A stretch of 64,000 nt of DNA from an uncultured Bacteroidota bacterium (lineage in GTDB: Bacteria > Bacteroidota > Ignavibacteria > Kryptoniales > JAKASW01). The stretch is from contig CAVYHK010000034.1 in assembly GCA_963768145.1 (NCBI GenBank), forward strand, positions 40,537-104,536. Reading direction: 5' to 3'. A program made the translations under genes and the position numbers. The notes under the pieces were generated by a model that had not been told where the DNA came from, did not search any database, and worked only from the letters and a program-made list of their open reading frames with translations. Of the stretch, positions 54,551 to 64,000 are shown in pieces; the stretch's first letter is position 1; every line of letters begins with the position of its first letter.

Positions 54551-57056
54551 AGGAATTTCGTACTGCTTGTTCTTGGCACTGTTTCTCTGTTTCGCCGGCT
54601 GCGCGAAAAAGGGCGCGGAAGAAAAGCTCGCCGGCAAAAGTGTAGCCGAAGAAACACCCCAGTATGAGGTGGTACCCGACACAAATTCGGTCAGAGGATC
54701 GATATCTGATAGCCTCTTCTACCCGGCCCCCTACTCCGGCACCGTAATGGATAAGCCACAGTTGGCAGCATTCTACGAGAGCCCGGAAATGAAGGACTAC
54801 TATGGAAAGAGGATTCTCCCGCCGAAGTTCGATTACAATATGGACTTGTCTAAAAAGACGTACTTGGAATTGAGATTATTGAGAAATGGGATATTTGCAC
54901 GGAACGGTTACTTCTTCCAGGACGCGACATTAAGGGCATACTTCAACCGGTTCCCCTGGTACCAACCGATTTTTGATAAACCTGATTTCAAATTATACCT
55001 TAACAAACAGGAAAAAGAGTTCCTAGAAAAAGTGACTCAACTCGAGAATGAGAAGCTGGGAGAGACATATACCACTGTCGGAGGCAACAAGATGGTCAGC
55101 CTGGATCACGTAGTCAATCTTATCCAGTTTGAAAACATAAACGACTCACTGTCGGAAGCTTTGAAGACAAAGAATTTTGCGCTCGCCTCCGCCAACAACG
55201 AGCAACTCTTTTACGTTTACGACAACAACCAGTACGGCTACATTCCGAATTTCATTACGACAGATTTGTATTTGCAAGTTCTTCACAAGTATCTAGGCGG
55301 GTTGATGCAAGGAATCGAAAAGCAGAAGCTAATTCCAGTAGTCGCAGACCTGATGGAAAGATTGTACGACCAGTCTAAGACCGCACTCACAAATCCCGGC
55401 AAGCTTGGATCAAAGAAGGCGACTGCATGGGCGAACACATATCTGGCGATCAGCTTGTCGGCGCTAACTGGGAATGAGGTTGCTGTAGATCCATCCATGC
55501 GCTCGATGTATAGGGAAGAGGTTCAAAAAGTGAATGAAGCATCTGGATACGGGTCAAAGTTCCTAGATCGCGTAGTGTTTTACTATTCACAATTCAAACC
55601 GAGGGGGTACTACACAGAAGACGATAGCTTGGAGAGATATTTCAGATGCATGAAATGGCTTAACTCAGCCCCCATGAACCTTGACGACGACGATAGCTTC
55701 CAGGCATCTTTGCTGATCGCATTTTGGATAAAGAGCAACAAGTATTGCAGCGCTGATTTCAATTTGCTGAACCGCGTCATCGGAATGCTGGCAGGTGAGG
55801 AAGACAATAATTCCATCAGTCACTTGATCAAATTCATCGAGGACGAAGGGATCAAGTCCACTGATGAGCTGCTTACTCTTTCGAATTTCGAAAGTCTCAG
55901 GAGGCGGGTGAAAGCTTTGAACGTCAACCGGATTCAGCCCAAAGCAGCAAACGACGTGGCTAAGAAAGATTTCTCGAAGCAATTCGTTTTGTTCAGCGCA
56001 GCGAGATGCACGTTCGATGCAGAAATACTCATACGGCTTGTAAACGTCTTGAGGCCTGCCTTGCTCAGACCGTTCCCGAAGGGCTTGGATGTGTTTGCAG
56101 CATTGGGCCACAAAACAGCGGAAGAAATCCTGCTGAACCATTACAAAGAAAATCAAAGATGGCCAGCATATACCGACTCGCTCGCCTTACTCAAGGGTGA
56201 GTTCGCGAATTATAATAATTGGAATGCGACGATCTACGACAAGACAATGGATTGCGTCAACTCCCTGAACGATGCCGCCAATATCAGTTACCCGCTGTTC
56301 ATGCAGACAGATTACTGGCAAAAGAAGAATCTGAATACGTCTCTTGCTGCCTGGACGGAGCTGAAACACGACATGATTCTGTACATAGAGCAGCCCTATG
56401 CAGCAGAGATGGGAGAAGGTGGAGGTCCGCCGCCTCCGATCCAACTGAGTTACGTAGAACCCAATGTCCGATTTTGGAGCAAAGTAATAGAGCTTCTCGA
56501 CTTGCAGCAAAAAGAGATGTCGGATCTTGATTTGATGACAACTGAGTCCAGCGAACTGAATTCTGAACTAAAGAAGCTTGCTGAGTTTCTTCTCGGAATC
56601 AGTAAGAAGGAACTGAACAGGAAAAACATAACAGATCAGGAATTCTCAGACATGAGTTGGATCGGCGGACAAATCGAACAGCTCACTTTTGAAATCCTGG
56701 GAACCGATCATCTGCCTGAAAGAGAGAAGCAAATCGCGCTCGCCGCAGACGTGTATGCCTTTAACGATACCTCCCTTGAAGAAGCGGTGGGGAAAGCTGA
56801 TGAGATTTACGTCGTGGCGGAAATAAATGGACTTCCGTATCTTACAAAGGGCGCCTGCTTTAGCTATTACGAATTCCAGAGTAAGTCCAGGTTGACAGAT
56901 GAAGAGTGGCAGGGCATGATTGCCGAGGGGAAAACACCGTCGAGACCTGATTGGCTTGATGATATCTACGTGAAAACCAATTCACTAAGGGCAGCACCAG
57001 GGTATAGCTTCGACGATTATGTGTCGCACGGTGAACGAAAAGGATATGAACCGTAG
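54498..57056 (+). CDS. Lipoprotein with YARHG domain and DUF3160-like body
   Basis: Lipobox CFAGC|A. YARHG signature YLELRLLRNGIFARNGYFFQD...WYQP. The remaining roughly 650 aa is recognised as DUF3160-like from memory. An alternative start is at 54510. Confidence 0.65.
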   Translation: MKTQMRQQLIAILTTLVRGISYCLFLALFLCFAGCAKKGAEEKLAGKSVAEETPQYEVVPDTNSVRGSISDSLFYPAPYSGTVMDKPQLAAFYESPEMKDYYGKRILPPKFDYNMDLSKKTYLELRLLRNGIFARNGYFFQDATLRAYFNRFPWYQPIFDKPDFKLYLNKQEKEFLEKVTQLENEKLGETYTTVGGNKMVSLDHVVNLIQFENINDSLSEALKTKNFALASANNEQLFYVYDNNQYGYIPNFITTDLYLQVLHKYLGGLMQGIEKQKLIPVVADLMERLYDQSKTALTNPGKLGSKKATAWANTYLAISLSALTGNEVAVDPSMRSMYREEVQKVNEASGYGSKFLDRVVFYYSQFKPRGYYTEDDSLERYFRCMKWLNSAPMNLDDDDSFQASLLIAFWIKSNKYCSADFNLLNRVIGMLAGEEDNNSISHLIKFIEDEGIKSTDELLTLSNFESLRRRVKALNVNRIQPKAANDVAKKDFSKQFVLFSAARCTFDAEILIRLVNVLRPALLRPFPKGLDVFAALGHKTAEEILLNHYKENQRWPAYTDSLALLKGEFANYNNWNATIYDKTMDCVNSLNDAANISYPLFMQTDYWQKKNLNTSLAAWTELKHDMILYIEQPYAAEMGEGGGPPPPIQLSYVEPNVRFWSKVIELLDLQQKEMSDLDLMTTESSELNSELKKLAEFLLGISKKELNRKNITDQEFSDMSWIGGQIEQLTFEILGTDHLPEREKQIALAADVYAFNDTSLEEAVGKADEIYVVAEINGLPYLTKGACFSYYEFQSKSRLTDEEWQGMIAEGKTPSRPDWLDDIYVKTNSLRAAPGYSFDDYVSHGERKGYEP

Positions 57057-57305
57057 ATTGTATACAGGTGGCATTTTCTTTATCGTCATGTCCAATTATT
57101 CTTGGCCTGCAACAAATAATATACCTCCGAGAATAACTTGAGCGTCGAAGTCTGCTTCGATTGCATTCTATCGATGAACGAACGGATTGACGATTCCATG
57201 AAAAATGCCGATATTTACTTAAGCGGTGCGGGGTTGGTTTAGTAACCCTGTGTTGTCTCCGCTAAAACTCGAATGAATCGGACATTTACCTAAACGGAGC
57301 ACCAA

Positions 57306-57713
57306 ATGTCGTTGCTAGCATGGAATGAGAGGTTTAGCGTCAACATCAAAGAGATTGATGATCAGCACAAAAGATGGGTGGATATGCTGAACAACCTATA
57401 TGACGCCATGAAGGAGGGAAGAGGATTCGAAAAGGTCGGCGAGACCCTTGACGGTCTGGTGGAGTACACAAAAACACATTTCGTATTAGAAGAAAAGTTG
57501 ATGAAGGTCAATGGATATCCGTTCTACGAAGGTCATAAAAGAATCCACGATGATATGATCAAGGAAGTCGAACTGCTTAGAAAAAGATACGAGTCCGGGG
57601 AGATGATGCTGAGCGTTGATGTCATGCAATTCCTCAAAAACTGGCTTACCGATCATATAATGGGCACAGACAAGAACTTTGGACCATATTTGAATTCAAA
57701 AGGGGTTGTGTGA
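57306..57713 (+). CDS. Bacteriohemerythrin (hemerythrin-like metal-binding protein)
   Basis: WNERFSVNIKEIDDQHKRWVDMLN, HFVLEEKLM and H..IHDD...WLTDHI iron-ligand pattern. Confidence 0.85.
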   Translation: MSLLAWNERFSVNIKEIDDQHKRWVDMLNNLYDAMKEGRGFEKVGETLDGLVEYTKTHFVLEEKLMKVNGYPFYEGHKRIHDDMIKEVELLRKRYESGEMMLSVDVMQFLKNWLTDHIMGTDKNFGPYLNSKGVV

Positions 57714-57965
57714 ATACTGCGCTTGATTTGACACTCATGAAGGTGCGCTAAGACTGAGGATCATTGAGATTGATGCAGACGGAGATGCTGTAACGGCCAT
57801 GCGGCTTTGCCAATGGAAAATCATCTCATGGATGCAAGGATTTTCGCCATCTAGGATGGGAGTGCAATTAGGTTGGGATTGACCTTGTGCGGAAGCTGCA
57901 CACTCGGACACAACTCTGAGCAAACGCTTCCGCTCTTCTAAAGTACAAGTGATGCGGAGCCAAGG

Positions 57966-60674
57966 ATGAAACAACTAAGCAATTCTTTTTCCACCAAGAA
58001 GAATTTTAAGATAAAGAACAGATCGGTGACGATCTTTCACTTGCCGACAGTGGGGGACTCCGGCTACAAGATTGAGAATCTCCCGTATTCGATTCGCGTC
58101 TTGCTGGAGAATCTCCTGAGATTCGAAGATGGCTCGGTGGTGACCACATCTGACATAGTCTCGCTATTAAAATGGGACGGCAAGCCTGCCATTGACGAAG
58201 AAATCGCATTCATGCCTTCACGCGTGCTAATGCAGGATTTTACCGGCGTCCCAGCCGTAGTAGATCTCGCGGCAATGAGAAGCGCCGTCGAACGGATGAA
58301 GGGAGATCCGGAGAAAATAAACCCATCGATACCAACAGAGCTGGTGATCGATCATTCCGTTCAGGTCGACAAGTTTGGGACGGATGATTCTTTCCTGTTC
58401 AACGCTGAATTGGAATTCAAAAGAAATGTCGAGAGATATAAGCTTCTCCGCTGGGGACAAAAAGCCTTTAAGAACTTCAGGGTTGTTCCACCGGACACAG
58501 GAATAGTTCATCAGGTTAACCTCGAGCACCTCGCCCGCGTTATCGAGGCGAGAAACCGAAAGGGGGAGTTTTGGGCTTTCCCGGATTCGCTTGTCGGGAC
58601 TGACTCCCATACCACCATGGTCAACGGACTTGGCGTGTTCGGATGGGGAGTGGGCGGAATTGAAGCTGAAGCCGTAATGCTCGGACAACCTTACTTCATG
58701 TTGACGCCCGAGGTTATCGGTGTGCGCTTGAAAGGCGAATTACCGGAAGGCGCTACCGCTACAGATTTGGTCTTGACTTTAACGCAGCTCCTTCGAAAGA
58801 AAGGCGTCGTGGGGAAGATCGTGGAGTATTTCGGAGAGGGTATTTCAGGATTGACACTTCCAGATCGTGCAACGATTGCGAACATGTCGCCAGAGTACGG
58901 CGCGACCATGGGATTCTTTCCGGTCGATAGCGAGACTATAAACTATCTGAGATTGACGGGACGCGGCGAGGATCAGGTAAATCTTGTTGAAAGCTATTGT
59001 AAAGAGCAAGGACTCTTCTGGAACAATGAAGCGCCAGAACCCATATACAGCGACGTTGTGGAATTTGACGTAAGCCAGGTGGAACCATGCCTTGCAGGCC
59101 CAAAGAGACCTCAAGACAAGGTTCTACTCAAAGAGGTGAAGACTTCATTCTTGAAATCCCTCACAACTGTTCCGAGCGAGCGCGGCTTTGGATTAAAAGG
59201 GGAAGACTTATCCAAGAGTGTAAAAGTCCACACTAACGGACTGCAGTTTGAGATACATAATGGTTCAGTCGCCATTGCAGCGATCACAAGTTGCACGAAC
59301 ACTTCTAACCCGAGTGTTCTGATTGCCGCGGGCCTGTTGGCAAAGAAGGCTGTCGAGAAATACGGTTTAAAACCGAAACCATGGGTTAAGACGAGCCTTG
59401 CTCCGGGCTCACAAGTGGTCATGGATTATCTGAAGGAGGCAGGCTTACTTGAGCCACTGGAGAAGTTAGGGTTCAGCCTCGTCGGATTCGGCTGCACAAC
59501 TTGCATAGGAAACAGCGGACCTCTTGATGAGAACATTTCTTCCGCGATCGAAAACGAAAGCCTGGTGATGGCTGCAGTTCTGAGTGGCAACAGAAACTTC
59601 GAGGGAAGGATCAATCCGCACGTAAAGGCCAACTATCTCGGCTCGCCCCCTCTAGTCGTTGCCTACGCAATTGCGGGGAGAATCGACTTCAATCCTTTGA
59701 CAGAACCCATTGATTTTGGGGATAATAATCAGCCCGTCTTCCTTAAAGATATATGGCCCTCAGAAATAGAAATAAGAGCAGCCATAGGAAAATTTCTCAA
59801 ACCGGAAATGTATCGAGCACGCTACGCTCATGTTTTCGATGGAGATGAGAGATGGAGAGGAATTCAGATTCCCGGTGGAAACAACTACAAATGGGAAGAG
59901 AATTCAACTTATATTCAAGAGCCGCCCTTTTTCAAATCACTATCCCTGGCACCTTCAGGACTGGAGGAGATCAGCGGGGCAAGAGTCCTTGCTCTCCTTG
60001 GAGACTCAATTACCACCGATCATATTTCGCCCGCGGGAGCAATTCCGCCTAATAGTCCAGCTGGAAAATATTTGATTGATCATGGTGTACAGCCCAAAGA
60101 CTTTAATTCTTATGGCTCGCGTCGTGGAAACCACGAAGTGATGATGCGCGGCACTTTTGCTAACATAAGGTTAAAGAACCTCTTGGTTCCCGGCACCGAG
60201 GGTGGGCGGACAGTTCATTTGCCCCGCGGCGAGGAAATGTGGCTCTACGACGCCGCAGTGAAATATCAATCTGAGAAGGTGCCCTTGTTGGTAATCGCGG
60301 GGAAGGAATATGGCAGCGGCAGTTCACGAGACTGGGCCGCCAAAGGGACGCTGCTTCTTGGCGTAAAAGCTGTGATTGCGGAGAGCTACGAAAGAATTCA
60401 TCGAAGTAATCTAGTAGGTCTTGGCGTCTTACCCCTGCAATTCACCACAGGAGAAAATGCCTCGACGATTGGTTTGACGGGGAGAGAGAGCTATTCGGTG
60501 ACTGGCATAAAGGATGGACTGGTGCCGCGCAAAGAACTTGAGGTCAGAGCGGTTGGGGAGAATGAAAAGGTAATCGTATTCAAAGTAGTGGCGCGACTGG
60601 ACAGTCACGTTGAGGTCGATTATTACAAAAATGGTGGGATTCTGAATACTGTGCTAAGGAAGATGTTAGAATAA
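57966..60674 (+). CDS. acnA: Aconitate hydratase A
   Basis: 902 aa. Fe-S ligand contexts ITSCTNTSNP and GCTTCIGNSG, plus SRDWAAKG. Confidence 0.95.
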   Translation: MKQLSNSFSTKKNFKIKNRSVTIFHLPTVGDSGYKIENLPYSIRVLLENLLRFEDGSVVTTSDIVSLLKWDGKPAIDEEIAFMPSRVLMQDFTGVPAVVDLAAMRSAVERMKGDPEKINPSIPTELVIDHSVQVDKFGTDDSFLFNAELEFKRNVERYKLLRWGQKAFKNFRVVPPDTGIVHQVNLEHLARVIEARNRKGEFWAFPDSLVGTDSHTTMVNGLGVFGWGVGGIEAEAVMLGQPYFMLTPEVIGVRLKGELPEGATATDLVLTLTQLLRKKGVVGKIVEYFGEGISGLTLPDRATIANMSPEYGATMGFFPVDSETINYLRLTGRGEDQVNLVESYCKEQGLFWNNEAPEPIYSDVVEFDVSQVEPCLAGPKRPQDKVLLKEVKTSFLKSLTTVPSERGFGLKGEDLSKSVKVHTNGLQFEIHNGSVAIAAITSCTNTSNPSVLIAAGLLAKKAVEKYGLKPKPWVKTSLAPGSQVVMDYLKEAGLLEPLEKLGFSLVGFGCTTCIGNSGPLDENISSAIENESLVMAAVLSGNRNFEGRINPHVKANYLGSPPLVVAYAIAGRIDFNPLTEPIDFGDNNQPVFLKDIWPSEIEIRAAIGKFLKPEMYRARYAHVFDGDERWRGIQIPGGNNYKWEENSTYIQEPPFFKSLSLAPSGLEEISGARVLALLGDSITTDHISPAGAIPPNSPAGKYLIDHGVQPKDFNSYGSRRGNHEVMMRGTFANIRLKNLLVPGTEGGRTVHLPRGEEMWLYDAAVKYQSEKVPLLVIAGKEYGSGSSRDWAAKGTLLLGVKAVIAESYERIHRSNLVGLGVLPLQFTTGENASTIGLTGRESYSVTGIKDGLVPRKELEVRAVGENEKVIVFKVVARLDSHVEVDYYKNGGILNTVLRKMLE

Positions 60675-60987
60675 CGGTGTAGAAGCTTTGACACGACCAT
60701 CGAACATGTTCCCTTGCCGGCAAAGTTCTTGCTGTATGAAGCCTGGCCCGAGTAAAAACAGGCATCGACCTTCTCACTTATAGAATAGAAGGCTGGATTC
60801 GGCTTGGATTTGCGCTTAAGATAGAGATGGAATAAATTCTCAGTTGAGAAATAAACACGGCTATCCGAATGAATGGATGAAGCTGAAAAAATGCTAGAAG
60901 AATCAAGTGCCGGCAATCTGTCCCCAAGAAGATTGTCCTATTTTATGAATTCAAATTACGTTGTCTGGACCAATAGCACATGACCAT

Positions 60988-63171
60988 ATGATTCCTCCTG
61001 AAGAAACGGAACCAATTGAGACGCCCCCGGTATTAGATGTCAGAGCCGCTCTTTCATCAAAGTACGAAATAGTCGAGAACCTCGGCAAAGGGGAAGTGTG
61101 CACTGTATACCGGGCGATCCATCGAAAGCTCAATAAGGAAGTTGCTCTCGAAATACTTCCGCCTCATTTGGCACAAAGTGACGAGTATGTCGACCGTTTC
61201 CACGGAGACGTGCAGGCTGCTGCGAAATTGAGCCACCCCAATATCAGCAGGATATATGACGAAGGTGTCGAAAATGGCGTCCACTTCATTGCCGTAGAGT
61301 TTCTGGATGGGACAGACCTTCACACAATAATCATGTGGAAAGGGAGGCTTGATGCAGAAGAAACGGTGAAGTTCGTTGTCCCTTCCGCCGGCGCTTTGGC
61401 GTATGCACATGACAAAGGAATCATCCACAGGGACGTCAGAAGCTCGAATATCATCGTTACGGATACCGGCAGATCGGTACTGACGGATTTTTGGTTCGAT
61501 CACGCTTTCAGAGGAGGGGGAAGGGTCACTCAATCGGCAGGCATAGGTTCACTCGAATACATGAGCCCGGAACAAGCAGAGGGCAGAGAGCTCACTCGAA
61601 GCAGCAACATTTATTGTGTTGGCATAGTTCTCTATGAGGCACTGACAGGCAAAGTCCCTTTCACCGGCGGCAATCCCTTCGCAACCGTGAGTAAGATAAT
61701 CAACAGTCCTCCTGTTCCACCTCGTCAAATCAACCCTTCGATACCGACCTGGATGGAAGATCTCATCCTCAAGTGTCTCGCTAAGAATCCATCAGACAGA
61801 TTTTCAAGCGCCGCGGAGTTAGCAGGTGCGTTGCTTAAAAGCAAGTATCCGATCCCAGTTTTGGGCCGCCAACAAACTTCTGAAAGGACTGCGCAGCCCC
61901 AACCCATCGTAAAAGAGAAAACAAAACAGCCAGCGCCCAAACAAAAACCACCACGGACTCCACCTCCCGAGCCGCCTGTCGAACCACCCACCAATTTGCC
62001 GCCAACCGAAGAGAAGATTGAAAAACCTGTTGAGGTGGTAATTGAAAGATCACGCCCCTATTTTCCAATTGCGCTAATACTCACTGTGACGGTTCCAATT
62101 GCCGTCTTTGCAGCAGTAGTGTTAGTGATGACAACCTTCTCGGACATCTGGAATCGTCAAGCAGTGAACTCAAGTCAACCGGCGAGTAGTGAAGTCAGGA
62201 CAAAACCGCTTGAAACAGTTCAACCACCGGTGAGCCAGCAAACAGCGCCTATTAACAGCACTCCTGTCCAGAATGAAGCTCCGAGAGAGGAGTCAAAAAC
62301 TGAACCCGTTCCCGTAAGTCCCCAAGTGGTAATCCAACCGCCACCGGTTTCTAACCCGGTGACTAATCCCTCAAGACAAAAATCAGAGCCAGCAGCGACC
62401 GTACCAAAGGCAACCACGGTGGTCACTACAGCGCCGGCAACCAAACCGATGCAACCTGAGAGGGTTGCACGGATGACTCAAGTTATAGATATTCAATGGG
62501 TCTTTGTCGGGGGCGGCACATTCGAGATGGGGAGCAATAGCTATCCCAGTACAAAACCGGTGCACTCGGTGAAGGTTCCAAGTTTCTATATTACTGCAAC
62601 TGAAATTACTTTCGACCAGTATGACAAATTCTGTGAAGCCACCGGCGCCAAGAAACCGAGCGATAACGGATGGGGAAGAGGGAAAATGCCCGTTGTCAAC
62701 GTGAGCTGGAATGATGCCGTTGCATTTTGCCGATGGCTTTCAGACCAGACCGGAAGGACTGTCCATCTTCCGACTGAGGCTCAATATGAATATGCAGCCC
62801 GAGGTGGCGACAGGAGCAAAGGCTTTCAATACAGCGGCACCAACCAAGTTGACGATGCCGCGTGGTACTCGGGAAACTCCGGCGGCAGGCCACACGAAGC
62901 TGGTACAAAGGCTCCCAACGAGCTCGGCCTTTTCGACATGAGCGGGAATATTTGGGAATGGTGTCAAGATTGGTATCACCAATCCTACAACAATGCGCCC
63001 GTTGACGGAAGCGCTTGGAATGAAGAGGATACTTACAATCCTTACCATGTCGTGCGTGGTGGCTCGGCGAACGGCGCAAGTTACTGCAGTCTAGTTTCGT
63101 TCCGTTTCTGGTTAGCTCCCTTCTACAAAGATAATGTCATCGGATTCCGATGTGTCCAGGAAATCAAGTGA
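60988..63171 (+). CDS. Ser/Thr protein kinase - TM - FGE-sulfatase (SUMF1) domain fusion
   Basis: Kinase motifs (GKGEVCTVYRA, HRDVRSSNIIV, SLEYMSPEQ), a Pro-rich linker, a TM helix (PIALILTVTVPIAVFAAVVLVM), a P/T/Q-rich spacer and an FGE domain (VSWNDAVAFCRWLS, LPTEAQYEYAARGG, GNIWEWCQDWY, RGGS). The ORF track starts at TTG 60961. Confidence 0.85.
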   Translation: MIPPEETEPIETPPVLDVRAALSSKYEIVENLGKGEVCTVYRAIHRKLNKEVALEILPPHLAQSDEYVDRFHGDVQAAAKLSHPNISRIYDEGVENGVHFIAVEFLDGTDLHTIIMWKGRLDAEETVKFVVPSAGALAYAHDKGIIHRDVRSSNIIVTDTGRSVLTDFWFDHAFRGGGRVTQSAGIGSLEYMSPEQAEGRELTRSSNIYCVGIVLYEALTGKVPFTGGNPFATVSKIINSPPVPPRQINPSIPTWMEDLILKCLAKNPSDRFSSAAELAGALLKSKYPIPVLGRQQTSERTAQPQPIVKEKTKQPAPKQKPPRTPPPEPPVEPPTNLPPTEEKIEKPVEVVIERSRPYFPIALILTVTVPIAVFAAVVLVMTTFSDIWNRQAVNSSQPASSEVRTKPLETVQPPVSQQTAPINSTPVQNEAPREESKTEPVPVSPQVVIQPPPVSNPVTNPSRQKSEPAATVPKATTVVTTAPATKPMQPERVARMTQVIDIQWVFVGGGTFEMGSNSYPSTKPVHSVKVPSFYITATEITFDQYDKFCEATGAKKPSDNGWGRGKMPVVNVSWNDAVAFCRWLSDQTGRTVHLPTEAQYEYAARGGDRSKGFQYSGTNQVDDAAWYSGNSGGRPHEAGTKAPNELGLFDMSGNIWEWCQDWYHQSYNNAPVDGSAWNEEDTYNPYHVVRGGSANGASYCSLVSFRFWLAPFYKDNVIGFRCVQEIK

Positions 63172-63272
63172 GAGCCTGTGTGAATCAGTGAGGCATTACC
63201 TCAACCTCGGTTCCCAGGCTGTTTGGAATTTATCCCCTAATTTCGTAAATTTTCATACAAATAGGAGAATTA

Positions 63273-63494
63273 ATGCGAAGCGGAATTCATCCCAAATACC
63301 ATAATGTGACGGTTACATGCGTTTGTGGAAATACATTCCAAACTCGTTCGACAGAACCAGGGCAATTTCTAAAAGTTGAGATTTGCTCGAACTGCCATCC
63401 GTTTTTCACTGGCAAACAAAAGCTCATAGACTCGGCAGGACGCGTCGAGAAATTCATGCAAAAGTACGGCAAGAAAAAAACTGTCGAGGCTTAA
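63273..63494 (+). CDS. rpmE: 50S ribosomal protein L31
   Basis: MRSGIHPKY...[13 protein letters not shown]...GRVEKF. Confidence 0.95.
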   Translation: MRSGIHPKYHNVTVTCVCGNTFQTRSTEPGQFLKVEICSNCHPFFTGKQKLIDSAGRVEKFMQKYGKKKTVEA

Positions 63495-63675
63495 TCCCTA
63501 CCTTTTCTCTCTTCAAGTGAGTAAGAGTAGTTTCACAAGTATTGATCGTGAGCCGCCAAAACTGGTCGACATGATAGTCGTCTTTGTCTGAAGAAAACGG
63601 TGTCAGCCACAAGCTTACCTGGGGTATGCAGGTTTCTTTTAGGGAGGAGCAGTAAAGGGAACACAGGGGGATGCA

Positions 63676-64000
63676 GTGATTGAACAGTCTAATAGCCAAG
63701 CGAATCGCCACAGACGAAACGCAGATCTTGTGCTTTACGATACTGCTCGCGAGATGGCAGTCAAAGTCTTGAATAGGGTTGAAAGAACAGACTCCTATCT
63801 GGACAAGGTTCTTGAGTTTGAGCTAAGGAAACCGGACTTAAGCAGAGTTGACAAGGCTTTTCTTACGGAATTAGTCAATGGCACCGTCAGGTGGAAGGCA
63901 AGATTAGATTACGCCATATCACAATTCTATCGTGGCGACCTGCTGAAGGTTGAAGCAGACGTGAAGAACGCTCTCAGGGTCGCCACATACCAATTGATGT
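63676..64000 (+). CDS. rsmB: 16S rRNA m5C967 methyltransferase, NusB-like N-terminal domain (3' end off window)
   Basis: Open frame from GTG 63676 to the window end. AREMAVKVLNRVERTDSYLDKVL...DKAFLTELVNGTVRWKARLDY...LRVATYQLM is the RsmB/Sun N-terminal pattern. Confidence 0.65.
   Translation, partial: MIEQSNSQANRHRRNADLVLYDTAREMAVKVLNRVERTDSYLDKVLEFELRKPDLSRVDKAFLTELVNGTVRWKARLDYAISQFYRGDLLKVEADVKNALRVATYQLM

Overview
The window looks like chromosomal DNA from an FCB-group bacterium. This is inferred only from a T9SS C-terminal sorting domain, a TonB-receptor fragment and the general look of the proteins. Most of it is transport and housekeeping:
- nanE (5' partial), a lipid kinase and a GH31 glycosidase.
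- An ECF sigma factor.
- Two MacB/FtsX-type efflux clusters plus an ABC-2 exporter.
- An M1 peptidase.
- A yhbD/yhbE/yhbF-like trio (DUF4004 HTH plus two bactofilin-like proteins).
- A B12-binding radical SAM enzyme.
- A complete Kdp K+ pump locus with kdpD and kdpE.
- queF, one tRNA-Leu(CAA), phnDCE, a CapA-like protein and a YARHG/DUF3160 lipoprotein.
- Hemerythrin, acnA, a Ser/Thr kinase-FGE fusion, rpmE and the start of rsmB.

I saw no transposase, integrase, phage gene, CRISPR array or rRNA.

The most unusual features:
1. Four tandem 119-120 nt units lie directly upstream of the real tRNA-Leu. Each is a chimera of tRNA-Leu parts and new hairpins ending in a T-run.
2. A 593-nt ORF-free divergent intergenic region lies upstream of the radical SAM gene. 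It may be a structured RNA or a long leader.
3. A roughly 55-nt operator/promoter module with 11-bp-phased TTTAYG/TTTACA direct repeats (KdpE-like) occurs twice. The kdp gene order is also non-canonical (kdpC, small ORF, kdpF, kdpA, kdpB).
4. A patch of unrelated gene fragments lies at 30.9-31.7 kb.

Caveat: at least seven otherwise well-conserved genes are broken by single-base frameshifts in or next to short homopolymer runs. These are most simply read as sequence or assembly errors. I therefore report those genes as single CDSs with a frameshift rather than as biological pseudogenes.

All family assignments are by eye from motifs. No searches were run.
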